This document shows, one piece after another, positions 12,114 to 21,285 of a stretch of 64,000 nucleotides of DNA. Position 1 is the first letter of the stretch. Every line of letters begins with the position of its first letter. The DNA is from an uncultured delta proteobacterium (lineage in GTDB: Bacteria > Myxococcota_A > Polyangia > Polyangiales > Houyiibacteriaceae). The notes under the pieces were generated by a model. That model did not search any database, was not told the DNA's origin, and saw nothing but the letters and a program-made list of their open reading frames with translations. The stretch is taken from NCBI GenBank assembly GCA_963699755.1, contig CAVOVB010000008.1, forward strand, positions 147,638-211,637, in the 5' to 3' direction. A program made the translations under genes and the position numbers.

Positions 12114-13155
12114 GCTCGTCGGCGGCGTCTGGAGTTTTCGAATTCGCCTTCCCCCTGGGCCTCGGTAGCGGGCCGAGCAGCTCCGCAAGCCAACGGAGGT
12201 CGTCGCTGTGCGCAAGCGAATGCTTGATGACCATCGTCAGCGGTGCGGAGACGAGAGCACCGACCGGCCCGAGCAACCAGCCCCAGACCACCATCGAAAC
12301 CAGCACCACCAACGCCGACAGCCCTAGCGCGTGGCCCATGACGCGGGGCTCGATTGCGCCGATGGCCAGATTGATGCCCCCGAACCCTGCTGCGACCACA
12401 AGCGCCTGCCCAGGGCCGAATTGAATCAGCGCCAAGGCAATGGCGGGCACCGCGGCGATGATCTGGCCGACTGTGGGAATGTAGTTGAGCAGATAGGCGA
12501 GCAGACCCCAGAGCACCGGGACGTCCAAGCCTCGCCACCAGCACCAGAGGAACACCAGGACGCCGGTCAGCAGGCTCATCACCGTCTTGGCGACCAGGTA
12601 GGCGTTGACCTCGCGCGCGGCTTCGGACAGCTCATGGATTTGGCCGGGCGTTGCGATCTTAGCGAGCTTCTCCCGAAGCCCTGTGGATTCGAGGAGCATG
12701 AACGCGACGATCAGCAAGACGAGAACCATCTGCGAGACGAAAGAAGCGGCGTACTGGGCCGTCATCGTCGCGAGATTGAGCATCCAGGTGGGCTCGGAGA
12801 AGTCGTAGACCGATTCCAGGTGAACCCCAAGGTTGGCGAGCCAGAGCTCGAGCTTCGCGACTTGCCCGGAAAGCATCGAGGCATAGCCCGGCACCCGCTC
12901 CGTGAACGTTGCGGCTGCACCAGCGAGCGGAAAGCCGAGGGCGGCACCAGCGGCTACGTCCAGCAAGAGCCCTGACAAGACAGCGACGAGGCGAGGAAGC
13001 CCGCGGTCGCAGAGCCACATGACCAGCGGTGCCGTGACGATGGCGATGAAGGCCGCCACGAGCACTGGGACCAGCAGGGGCGCAGCGAGCTTGACGCCGG
13101 CTCCGATCACCACGACCGAAGCGACGATCAGGATGATGCGTCCGCCTTTGCTCAC
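12100..13155 (-). CDS. AI-2E family transporter
   Basis: Multi-TM protein with WGLLAYLLNYIPTVG, IEPRVMGHALGLS and WGWLLGPVGALVSAPLT. Start uncertain (GTG 13155 or 13161). Confidence 0.88.
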   Translation of the reverse strand: MSKGGRIILIVASVVVIGAGVKLAAPLLVPVLVAAFIAIVTAPLVMWLCDRGLPRLVAVLSGLLLDVAAGAALGFPLAGAAATFTERVPGYASMLSGQVAKLELWLANLGVHLESVYDFSEPTWMLNLATMTAQYAASFVSQMVLVLLIVAFMLLESTGLREKLAKIATPGQIHELSEAAREVNAYLVAKTVMSLLTGVLVFLWCWWRGLDVPVLWGLLAYLLNYIPTVGQIIAAVPAIALALIQFGPGQALVVAAGFGGINLAIGAIEPRVMGHALGLSALVVLVSMVVWGWLLGPVGALVSAPLTMVIKHSLAHSDDLRWLAELLGPLPRPRGKANSKTPDAADELSRA

Positions 13156-13180
13156 TGCCACCAACACAAGGTAGCGCGGA

Positions 13181-14344
13181 TCAGAGCGGCGTGCGATCCA
13201 GCAGCTCGAGCTCGTTTCCATTCGCGCAAAGGGCCGCCCTTCCGTCGATGATCGCGCCGAGCTCGCGGCCAACGAGACGCTCTCGCCAGCCTTTGGACAG
13301 CCGGCTGGGTTGGTGCAGCACGAGGTTGGTCACGTCGTCGCGCGTGCCAAGCACGGTCATGTCCAGGCCTTCTCGGTTGGCACGCTGCGCGAGCCAGGCG
13401 AGGCAGAGTGCGATTACGCCCTCTACGCTGGGAAGGTTCTCCGGCTTCTTGGGTGGTAGTCTCAGCTCGGTCTTGGAAAGCCGTCTTCCTCGCTCGATGG
13501 CCGCCAGAAGCTCGTCGGCATGCTCGAAGCGCCGAAGGTCGAAGTTTCGGATGCCGCTCAGTTGCTGGGCGTTGCGTGCGGGCCGTTGAGCCAGAGCCAG
13601 AAGGGCCATGTCGGAGAGCACGGTGCGCGATGGACGATTCTTCTCTTTTGCGAGGCTGTCACGCCAGGCTGCGAGCTCCTGAGCGACACCGCGCGCCTTG
13701 CCATGAAGCTTGGTCTTTCCGCGAAGCTTCCACCAGAGGGTCTCTGGCTCCGGGGACGAACGGTCCTTTCGGCGCAGTCGCTCGATCTCTTCCTCGGCCC
13801 ATTCGACGCGGCCTTGTTCGTTGAGGTGCTCGAGAAGCGCACCGCGCAGCTCGAGCAGATGGGCCACGTCGCAGGCGGCGTAGCGCAGGTCGTCCGCGGG
13901 CAAGGGACGCCGGGTCCAGTCACTGAGCTGCGAGCTCTTGTCGAGTTGAATCCCGAGGAAGCCCTCCACCAGCCTCCCGAGAGAGCTCGTTCGATAGCCG
14001 CAAAAAAGGGCGGCGATCTGCGTGTCGAACATGCGATTGGGTACCGCGCCGCACTCGAGCTCCAAGATCTCGAGGTCTTGAGAGCCAGCGTGCATGACGC
14101 AGACCGCCTCTGTCTGAAACGCTCGGCTCAGTATTCGCAGGTCGACATCGAGGGCGTCGACCAACGCGATGCGATCAGCGGTGGCAAGCTGCACGAGCGC
14201 CAGATGCGGCAGATAGGTTCGTTCGCGATGGAACTCGGTATCGAGCGCGTACGCGTCCGTCCGGCAGAGCTCGTCGACGAGCTCTTCGAATTCTTTCTGG
14301 TCGCTGATCCACTCGAAGTCGGTCACGGCTCTAGCGTAGCGCAT
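13181..14344 (-). CDS. rnd: Ribonuclease D
   Basis: ALDTEFHRERTY, HAGSQDLE, FDTQIAA, SDWTRRPL and YAACDV (DEDD exonuclease), followed by an HRDC-like region. Start is ATG 14344 or GTG 14326. Confidence 0.88.
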   Translation of the reverse strand: MRYARAVTDFEWISDQKEFEELVDELCRTDAYALDTEFHRERTYLPHLALVQLATADRIALVDALDVDLRILSRAFQTEAVCVMHAGSQDLEILELECGAVPNRMFDTQIAALFCGYRTSSLGRLVEGFLGIQLDKSSQLSDWTRRPLPADDLRYAACDVAHLLELRGALLEHLNEQGRVEWAEEEIERLRRKDRSSPEPETLWWKLRGKTKLHGKARGVAQELAAWRDSLAKEKNRPSRTVLSDMALLALAQRPARNAQQLSGIRNFDLRRFEHADELLAAIERGRRLSKTELRLPPKKPENLPSVEGVIALCLAWLAQRANREGLDMTVLGTRDDVTNLVLHQPSRLSKGWRERLVGRELGAIIDGRAALCANGNELELLDRTPL

Positions 14345-14361
14345 CGCAGCGCTGTTGCTGG

Positions 14362-15393
14362 CTAAGGACAGTAGGGGCGGCCCGGGTGTGGTTGTTCGAC
14401 CCACTGCTTGCGGCGGTCGAGCCAACGTTCGACTTCGCGGTCCATGGGCCCTGCTGATGCGCGAGCCTCCTCGTGTGTCACGATCTTAGCGCTTGCCTGC
14501 TGGCGCTTTTCGGCCAGCGGGCGCGCTTGCACGCCTGCATCTTCGAGCCTCTCTTGGTGCCAAGCGTAGAGCGGCGCTGAATCGCGGCAGCCCTGCTCGA
14601 CGTCTTGAGGGGAACAGAAGAACCGCATATGGAAGTGATCGTCATGGGGATAGCTGGGCTGGCAGCTCATCGCAGCAAAGCGTTTCACGACCGCCGAGGG
14701 CGCCCCGGATGAGCGCGCAAACTCGAGTAGAAGCTTCCGCAGATGCTCGGCAACGAAGACCTGCTGAAGCAGAGCCTTTTCGTCTTCGATGAGCGCCCGC
14801 ACGAAGAGCCAAGTCCGGGGGATGTCGAGCCGGAGGGCGACGTCGTCGCTCGGGTCAGCGAGGTCTCGGAAGTCGACTCCGGCGCCATGCGGGTCGAAGA
14901 ATGCACCGACGCTTTCGATGGGCTCCCCGTCGGGGCCGAGCTGGTAAAACAGCACGTCGACGTCCCGGCCGCTCTGGTGTGAGCGGTGATGGGAGATCGG
15001 CCCACCGCGTTCATAGCTGAGGTCGTTGACTGTCACGGGCAGCCCGCCCAGCTCGCGGTCGACTCTGGCAGCCGCGTCGACCAATCCGCGAACGACTTCG
15101 ACGGTGCCATAGCGGGCCTTGGGGTCGCGGGCCGGGTTGAAGCGCAGGCCGGGCGCGCTGAGGGGAAGCGGGACACCCCCTTGCAAGGAACCATCGTTGG
15201 GGTTTCTCAGCGAGGTGGAGTCGAAAGAGCTCCAGTCGATCGCTGTGTTGTGCGCCGGAAGCTGGGCCTCCGGGGGAACGGGCGCGGTAAGCTCCGGTTT
15301 TTTGGCTGGCGTCGCGACCGGCTTCTGAGCCGGGCTGCAAGCGGTTAGCGCCGTCGAGACCAGCGCCGCAGCAAAGCGGTCACGGGTCCACAT
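14362..15393 (-). CDS. Second MepA-like murein endopeptidase, lipoprotein
   Basis: C-terminal 343 aa of track ORF 14362..16902. The real start is ATG 15393 (MWTRDRFAAALVSTALTAC, lipobox). Motifs NDLS..GG..HRSHQSGRDVD and HDDHFH. Confidence 0.85.
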   Translation of the reverse strand: MWTRDRFAAALVSTALTACSPAQKPVATPAKKPELTAPVPPEAQLPAHNTAIDWSSFDSTSLRNPNDGSLQGGVPLPLSAPGLRFNPARDPKARYGTVEVVRGLVDAAARVDRELGGLPVTVNDLSYERGGPISHHRSHQSGRDVDVLFYQLGPDGEPIESVGAFFDPHGAGVDFRDLADPSDDVALRLDIPRTWLFVRALIEDEKALLQQVFVAEHLRKLLLEFARSSGAPSAVVKRFAAMSCQPSYPHDDHFHMRFFCSPQDVEQGCRDSAPLYAWHQERLEDAGVQARPLAEKRQQASAKIVTHEEARASAGPMDREVERWLDRRKQWVEQPHPGRPYCP

Positions 15394-16010
15394 CACTGCT
15401 CGGCGGGATTGAGAACGACAGCAAACACGACCCCTGCCATCTGGACGAGCAGCTCCAGAAACGATTCCGCATCGAGCTCTTGGTTTTCGGCCCAGTCGAG
15501 GCTCGTGGCTTCGAGAAAGCCCAGCCATCCGCGCAGGCGCATCCGCGTTGCAGGGTCGTCGGCACGTGCTCCAAATCGCTCCACGCGCGACAGCATTCGA
15601 TCCACGACAGTCTGTCTGGTAGCTTCGATGATGTCCGCCACCTCGCTGTCGGTTCCGATTCCACTCCGAAGGAGAAAGGAAAAGACCCGCCGGCGGCGTG
15701 CGACGTAGTCGAGAAAAGGGCGAAGCCCAGCACGCAGGTCCTCTGGACCGGGCGCCGGCCCCTTGGGCTCTTGGTCGATGTAGGTGTCCTCGAGGAGCTG
15801 CCGCGCCGCCTCCCGCACCGAAGCGACGTAGAACGCCCGTTTGCCGGGGAAATAGTGATAGAGCAGCCCCTTGGAAACCCCCGCCTGTCTTGCGATCTCG
15901 TCGATCGAGAGCTCGTCGTAGGTCTGATTCCCGAACAGCTCGAGTCCGAGCTCCAGCAATTGTTGTCGACGAACGTCTACTTGTAAGCGATTGCGTGCGA
16001 CTTGGCTCAT
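15393..16010 (-). CDS. TetR/AcrR family transcriptional regulator
   Basis: HTH LSIDEIARQAGVSKGLLYHYFPGK. ATG at 16010. The stop overlaps the next start (TGATG). Confidence 0.92.
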   Translation of the reverse strand: MSQVARNRLQVDVRRQQLLELGLELFGNQTYDELSIDEIARQAGVSKGLLYHYFPGKRAFYVASVREAARQLLEDTYIDQEPKGPAPGPEDLRAGLRPFLDYVARRRRVFSFLLRSGIGTDSEVADIIEATRQTVVDRMLSRVERFGARADDPATRMRLRGWLGFLEATSLDWAENQELDAESFLELLVQMAGVVFAVVLNPAEQ

Positions 16011-16096
16011 CTGGGCGCGAGTATAGCTCAGCTTTGCTCCAATGCCGGACATCGCGAACGTTTGCCTTTGGGGAAGCAATTTCGCATGCTTTGCGG

Positions 16097-16348
16097 GTGC
16101 AAGAAGCGGTGCAACGAGTCATCGACGACGTTCTCAACCCGCTCCTGCAAAACGACGCGAGCAGCATCGAGCTCTTGGAGGTCAGCAAAGACCAAGTCGT
16201 GGTTCGCGTCACCGGGCGGGCGGCTTTCGGCGTCGGCGCCGAGTACGTGTGCACCGGGGTAATTGAACCTGCTCTCCGAAAGGTCATCGGAAACGACTGC
16301 GCTATCCAGATCAAGAAGGCGATTCCAAATGCCAAGAGGCGCGGCTGA
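16097..16348 (+). CDS. Small NifU/NfuA-like domain protein lacking CxxC
   Basis: C-terminal 83 aa of track ORF 15698..16348. VQRVIDDVLNPLLQNDASSIELLEV..VVVRVTG..IEPALRK resembles the NifU-like fold. Confidence 0.6.
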   Translation: MQEAVQRVIDDVLNPLLQNDASSIELLEVSKDQVVVRVTGRAAFGVGAEYVCTGVIEPALRKVIGNDCAIQIKKAIPNAKRRG

Positions 16349-16368
16349 GAGCTCAGGGGGTAGGAGTG

Positions 16369-17031
16369 ATGTACGATCTGGACGAGACCATCCGCACGCG
16401 CCGCTCGGTGCGAGGGTTCCTCCCAAAGCCCGTGCCTCACGAGGTGCTCGAGGAAGTGCTTGGCTTGGCGCAACACGCGCCGAGCAATTGCAACGTACAA
16501 CCCTGGCGCGTCTACATCGCATCGGGGGAGACGTGTCAGAGGCTTCGCGCGGCGCTCCTCGCCGCCGCGACCAGCGGCCCATCTTCTGCGGGGACGGCGC
16601 AGACCGACGATTTTCGAGGGTACTATCGAGACAAGCAAGTCGCGTGCGCGGTCGAGCTCTATGGCAAGATGGGCATCGAGCGCGGCGACAAGATGGGACG
16701 GCTCAAGGCCATGCTTCGCAACTTCGAGTTTTTCGATGCGCCGCACGTTGCATACATCTGCATGGAAAAGAGCTTTGGGATTGGGGTGGCGCTCGACGTC
16801 GGCATGTACGTCCAGACCTTGATGCTGGCTATGCAGTCTCGTGGGATCGGCTCGTGCGCCCAAGCGGCCCTGCGCGCGTATCCCGAAGTCGCGGGAGACC
16901 ATCTCGGGATTCCGGACAACGAACAGATCCTCTGCGGCCTCTCGTTCGGCTATGAGGATCCCGATGTTCCCGCAAACGCCACGCGTCAGCCCCGCGATCC
17001 AATCTCCAGCAATGTCGTCTTTGTTGGCTAA
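16369..17031 (+). CDS. Nitroreductase family protein
   Basis: RTRRSVRGF, APSNCNVQPW, DVGMYVQTLMLA and GLSFGY. Confidence 0.92.
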   Translation: MYDLDETIRTRRSVRGFLPKPVPHEVLEEVLGLAQHAPSNCNVQPWRVYIASGETCQRLRAALLAAATSGPSSAGTAQTDDFRGYYRDKQVACAVELYGKMGIERGDKMGRLKAMLRNFEFFDAPHVAYICMEKSFGIGVALDVGMYVQTLMLAMQSRGIGSCAQAALRAYPEVAGDHLGIPDNEQILCGLSFGYEDPDVPANATRQPRDPISSNVVFVG

Positions 17032-17037
17032 CTGGGC

Positions 17038-17826
17038 TTAGCGCCCTTTGAAGTCGCCCTCGCGCCGCTCGACAAACGATCGGATGCCCTCGGCGGCGTC
17101 TTCGCTGTCCATCAGCTCGCGCGCGATGACCAAGAGCTCGGCGACGGCCGCCTCGGTCCCCTTCAGCTGAGCCGTCCGTGAGGATCGGAGGGTCGCCTGA
17201 ACGCCCAGGGGCGCCCGCTTGGCCACGGTCTGGGCGATTTCGAGGGCCTTGGGGCGAAGCTCATCGGCTGGGACGAGCTCTTGAACCAGGCCGAGCCGTC
17301 GGGCCTCCTCCGCATCGAATCGATCGCCGGTGAGCAGCCAGCGCATCGCGTTGCCCCAGCCGGCGATCTCCGGGAGGCGAATCGTAGCGCCGCCGAAAGG
17401 GAAGATGCCTCGGTTGATTTCGATTTGTCCGAAGCGCGTTCCCTCTGCCGCGATGCGGATGTCGGCGGCGAGCAGCAGCTCGATGCCGATGGTCAGACAC
17501 CAGCCCTGCACGGCCATCACGAGCGGCTTGGTTCGCTTCTTGGCGTGCAAGTTGAGCGGGTCGACCGAACCCTCGGGGAACAGAGTCGCTCCACTTCGGA
17601 CGGCGGGGCCGACCTCGGCCAGGTCGAGTCCTGCGGTAAAGTGCTCGCCGTTCGCGTAGAGCAGGGCACACCAGAGCGATTCATCGGATTCGTACTCGGT
17701 CACCGACTCGGCCAGCTCTCGGAGCATGCGCAGATCAAAGGCGTTCATCTTTTCGGGGCGATCGAGGACGATGTGAAAGATGCGTCCATCGCGTTCGGTC
17801 AGCACACGGGGTCGTTCCTTGGTCAT
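17038..17826 (-). CDS. Crotonase/enoyl-CoA hydratase family protein
   Basis: RPEKMNAF, FTAGLDL, GIELLLAADI and GQIEINRGIFPFGG. Confidence 0.92.
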   Translation of the reverse strand: MTKERPRVLTERDGRIFHIVLDRPEKMNAFDLRMLRELAESVTEYESDESLWCALLYANGEHFTAGLDLAEVGPAVRSGATLFPEGSVDPLNLHAKKRTKPLVMAVQGWCLTIGIELLLAADIRIAAEGTRFGQIEINRGIFPFGGATIRLPEIAGWGNAMRWLLTGDRFDAEEARRLGLVQELVPADELRPKALEIAQTVAKRAPLGVQATLRSSRTAQLKGTEAAVAELLVIARELMDSEDAAEGIRSFVERREGDFKGR

Positions 17827-18293
17827 GGCGCGCGATGGTAGTGGACCGCGGTTCCGTAGGCCAGCACTTCGATAGTGCCGATCCCTTCATTTCCCGTGGT
17901 GCTCGAGATGGTCGAGGTCTCGAGGCGGGTGTTGAGATAGGCATCTGCATCTGGCTGGGATTCTTTCATGCGGAGGAGCGCCTCGCGACGAGCGCGGTCG
18001 ATGAGCGAGGAGTACGAGCGGACCTCTCCACCGAAGAACATTCGGAAGCCGCTCATGAAACGCTTGAAATGATCGACTGATACCACCACGGAGCCAAGCG
18101 CGAGGCTCGCGGATTGAATGGGGCCTGGTGCGTCCCAATCCTTCGTAGAGACCGCGGGTTGAGCAAGGAATCGGGCTTCGCGCTCGACGATGTCCCGGTA
18201 ATGATTCCGCTCGATGCTCGAGCCCACGACTCGTCCGACGACGATGAGCAGGACGGGAGTTCCAAGGACTATCCAGAGCTCGATCGACGGCAT
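17823..18293 (-). CDS. YbjQ-like (UPF0145) protein with N-terminal TM helix
   Basis: GSVVVSVD..FFGGEVRSYSSLIDRARREALLRM..EVLAYGTAV. Confidence 0.8.
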   Translation of the reverse strand: MPSIELWIVLGTPVLLIVVGRVVGSSIERNHYRDIVEREARFLAQPAVSTKDWDAPGPIQSASLALGSVVVSVDHFKRFMSGFRMFFGGEVRSYSSLIDRARREALLRMKESQPDADAYLNTRLETSTISSTTGNEGIGTIEVLAYGTAVHYHRAP

Positions 18294-18297
18294 GCCT

Positions 18298-18612
18298 TCA
18301 CTCGACGATGACGGCCGTGCCGTATGAAAGAATTTCCGAGGCGCCCTGAGCGATCGATGAGGTCGTGAATCGCACGTTGATCACGGCGTTCGCGCCTAGC
18401 TCCCGAGCCTGCGCAACCATGCGGCTGGTGGCCTCGGCGCGGCTCTCTTGCAGTAGCTCCGTGTAGCCCTTGAGCTCTCCGCCAACGATGTTCTTGAGGC
18501 CGGCGGCAAAATCTCGCCCGAAGTGTTTCGCCCGGATGGTGCTCCCCTGCACCAGTCCGAAGTGCTGAACGATCCGCCGGCCTGGCACGCTGTCGATGTT
18601 TGTCAGAATCAA
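18298..18612 (-). CDS. ybjQ: YbjQ family (UPF0145) protein
   Basis: C-terminal 104 aa of track ORF 18298..19998. TTG start with GAGGAAGGAG upstream. GRDFAAGLKNIVGGELKGYTELL..GANAVINVRF..YGTAV. Confidence 0.88.
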   Translation of the reverse strand: MILTNIDSVPGRRIVQHFGLVQGSTIRAKHFGRDFAAGLKNIVGGELKGYTELLQESRAEATSRMVAQARELGANAVINVRFTTSSIAQGASEILSYGTAVIVE

Positions 18613-18696
18613 GGTAGCTCCTTCCTCGCCCGAGAGTACCTTGTTGCCGCGCGGGGCGCATCTTTCGGGAAGGCAGAAACGTGCTATGGCTGCGCG

Positions 18697-20013
18697 GTGA
18701 GACTCTGTGTCATCGGTACTGGATACGTCGGCCTGGTGACCGGCACTTGCTTCGCCGCGACGGGCCAGCGCGTGGTCTGCGTCGACAAAGACGCCTCGAA
18801 GATCGAGCGCCTCAAGCGCTTCGAGATTCCGATCTACGAGCCCGGGCTCGAAGAGATGGTCAGGGAGAACGCGAATGCCGGTCGCCTCACCTTCGCGACC
18901 GACCTCGCTTCGGCGGTTCGCGACGTCGACTTGGCCTTCATTGCCGTCGGCACGCCTCCGACGCACGACGGAGAAGCGGACTTGAGTGCGGTGTTCGCGG
19001 TCGCCCAAGAGCTCGCCACGCACGCGGCCCACGATCTCGTCATCGTCAACAAGAGCACCGTCCCAGTCGGCACGAACGCGCAGGTTCAGAAGCTGGTCGC
19101 CGATGCCGAGCATGAAATTCAAGTAGCCTCCAATCCGGAGTTCTTGAAAGAGGGCGGGGCGATCGACGACTTCATGTATCCAGATCGGATTGTGATCGGC
19201 GTCCGACCTGGGCACGACCGCGCGCGCCGTCTCTTGAACCGGGTCTACCATCCGCTCAACCTTTCGAACACGAAGATCGTGTGGATGAATCCGGAGAGCG
19301 CAGAGCTCACCAAGTACGCTGCCAATACGATGCTCGCGATGCGCATCTCCTTCATGAACGAGCTTGCGGTGCTCTGCGAAGAGGTGGGTGCAGATGTGCA
19401 GAGCGTTCGCCTGGGCGTCGGCAGTGACCCTCGGATCGGCTCTCAGTTTCTCCATTCGGGTCCCGGCTACGGCGGCTCTTGCTTTCCGAAAGACGTCAAG
19501 GCACTCGTAGCAACCGCGCGCCGACACGGCATCGAGCTCGAGCTCGCCGACGCGACGAACCGCGTCAACGTGCGCCACCGGAGCTTCCTCGTGCGCAAGC
19601 TGAAGCGCCATTTCGGAGGCGAGCTGGCGGGCAGGCGGATCGCCATCTGGGGGCTCGCATTCAAGCCAGGCACCGACGACGTTCGTGAATCGCCTTCGAT
19701 TACGACCATCGAGTTCCTCCTCAACGAGGGTTGCGAAGTGGTTGGCCACGACCCGGAAGCCATGGCGAACATCAAGGAGTTGTTCGGCGAAAAGGTCGAG
19801 CTGGTCGACGATGCCTACGACGCCGTAAAAGGTGCGGACGCACTGATGCTTCTGACGGAGTGGCGCGAATACCAGTATCCTGAGTTCGAGCGAATTCGCG
19901 ATCTCATGCGCACGCCTACGGTGTTCGACGGTCGTAACATCTGGGTCACCTACAAGCTGGCCGACCAGGGTTTCCAATATTCGGGCGTCGGGATCCACGC
20001 CGACTCGCCTTAG
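18697..20013 (+). CDS. ugd: UDP-glucose 6-dehydrogenase
   Basis: GTG start. IGTGYVGL, KSTVPVGT, SNPEFLKEG, GYGGSCFPKD and AFKPGTDDVRES. Confidence 0.93.
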   Translation: MRLCVIGTGYVGLVTGTCFAATGQRVVCVDKDASKIERLKRFEIPIYEPGLEEMVRENANAGRLTFATDLASAVRDVDLAFIAVGTPPTHDGEADLSAVFAVAQELATHAAHDLVIVNKSTVPVGTNAQVQKLVADAEHEIQVASNPEFLKEGGAIDDFMYPDRIVIGVRPGHDRARRLLNRVYHPLNLSNTKIVWMNPESAELTKYAANTMLAMRISFMNELAVLCEEVGADVQSVRLGVGSDPRIGSQFLHSGPGYGGSCFPKDVKALVATARRHGIELELADATNRVNVRHRSFLVRKLKRHFGGELAGRRIAIWGLAFKPGTDDVRESPSITTIEFLLNEGCEVVGHDPEAMANIKELFGEKVELVDDAYDAVKGADALMLLTEWREYQYPEFERIRDLMRTPTVFDGRNIWVTYKLADQGFQYSGVGIHADSP

Positions 20014-20019
20014 CCGCCA

Positions 20020-20643
20020 ATGTGCGGACGATACACGCTAGCCTGTCCCGATGAAGAAGCGCTCATTGCTGGCCTTCCGTTCGACGAGTTCAGCGAGACC
20101 CGTATCGAGTTTCGCCCACGCTTCAACGTCGCGCCAGGTCAGCGAAGCCCGATCGTGCACTTGAAGAGCGGTGAGCCCGTTCTGGTCGACGCACGCTGGG
20201 GCATTCATCGCTCCGGAGGAGGGCTCGTGATCAACGCTCGCTCGGAAACGGTGGATCGGACCGCGATGTTTCGCGACGTCTTTCGCGAGGGGCGATGCCT
20301 CGTGCCTGCGGACGGATTTCTCGAATGGCGGAAAGAAGGGGGCATCCATCAGCCTTATCTGTTTCGTCTCCCGGGGAAAGAGCTCTTCGTCATGGCTGGG
20401 CTCCGGCGGGAAGGGCGGTTCGTCGTGCTCACGCGCCCATCCAAGGGTGCGGCTGCCGAAGTCCACGATCGGATGCCGGTGATTCTGGGAGACGACGACG
20501 CACGACTCTGGCTGGTCCAAGGCCAGCTCGCTGAACCTCCGAACCTGACGAGGACGGCGGTTTCGCGGCGGATCAATCGTATCGAGAACGACGACGAGGC
20601 CTGCATCGAGCCAATCGCGCAGTCGGAATTCGATTTCGGCTAG
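20020..20643 (+). CDS. SOS response-associated peptidase (SRAP/YedK/HMCES family)
   Basis: N-terminal MCGRY, then PRFNVAPGQ, INARSET, RCLVPADGFLEW and VHDRMPVIL. Confidence 0.92.
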   Translation: MCGRYTLACPDEEALIAGLPFDEFSETRIEFRPRFNVAPGQRSPIVHLKSGEPVLVDARWGIHRSGGGLVINARSETVDRTAMFRDVFREGRCLVPADGFLEWRKEGGIHQPYLFRLPGKELFVMAGLRREGRFVVLTRPSKGAAAEVHDRMPVILGDDDARLWLVQGQLAEPPNLTRTAVSRRINRIENDDEACIEPIAQSEFDFG

Positions 20644-20662
20644 TGAGAGCCGGTCGCCCCCG

Positions 20663-21283
20663 TCAGCGACTGGTCTTTCGCTCGGACCGGTCGATGACCT
20701 CCACCTCAGCAACCTCGCCCTCTGCCTGCGCTACGCGCACCCGAGACCTCTGTGGGCCGGACGCCTGCGCGCCTGCCGAGAGCTTGCGCGACGCCGCCTC
20801 GACCAGGGCGTCGACGCCTACTTGGATGGCGCGGTCGACCTCTTTTCGGACCTGCTTTTCCCACTTCCCCCGGCGTCGCCGGGCGAGCCGACGGCGGATT
20901 CGCGCACGGAGCCGTTCTCGGTCGGGCAGGAGCGCTCGCCGGGCTCCTAGCGCCAACACGATTCCCCAGCCCGCGAGGACCCACTGCACCCACCAGCCGG
21001 GCCCCGACATGATATCGACGACGAACAAGCCCGCGTTGACCACCGCGTAGGTGTAGATGCTCTGGATGAAGCGCTTCTTTCGCCAGTTGAGGATTCGGTC
21101 CTCCTCGGAGCGAAGCTCGCGTTCCTCTTCGATCTCTTGTGCAGCCGCCTCGACGTCGTCCGCGTCGATGCCGGCTTCGACCGCGGCGTCGACCAAGTCC
21201 TTGTGCGACAGGGTCTCGAGCGGTTGGGTTTCGAGCGCCCGCCGCAGAATCTCTTCGACCTCTTCTCGCGAATACTCCTTCAC
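20663..21283 (-). CDS. 2TM-domain membrane protein
   Basis: Acidic helical N-terminus (YSREEVEEILRRA), a two-TM hairpin (YAVVNAGLFVVD..WWVQWVLAGWGIVL) and a basic C-terminus. Confidence 0.7.
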   Translation of the reverse strand: MKEYSREEVEEILRRALETQPLETLSHKDLVDAAVEAGIDADDVEAAAQEIEEERELRSEEDRILNWRKKRFIQSIYTYAVVNAGLFVVDIMSGPGWWVQWVLAGWGIVLALGARRALLPDRERLRARIRRRLARRRRGKWEKQVRKEVDRAIQVGVDALVEAASRKLSAGAQASGPQRSRVRVAQAEGEVAEVEVIDRSERKTSR

Positions 21284-21285
21284 GA

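Noticed and set aside
14362..16902. 846-aa ORF read as one large fusion protein
   Set aside because: Only the last 343 aa are MepA-like and have their own lipoprotein start. The upstream part overlaps TetR out of frame and lies antisense to the NifU-like and nitroreductase genes.
18298..19998. 566-aa ORF ending in a YbjQ domain
   Set aside because: The N-terminal ~460 aa are the antisense shadow of ugd. The true start is TTG 18612, which has a good RBS.
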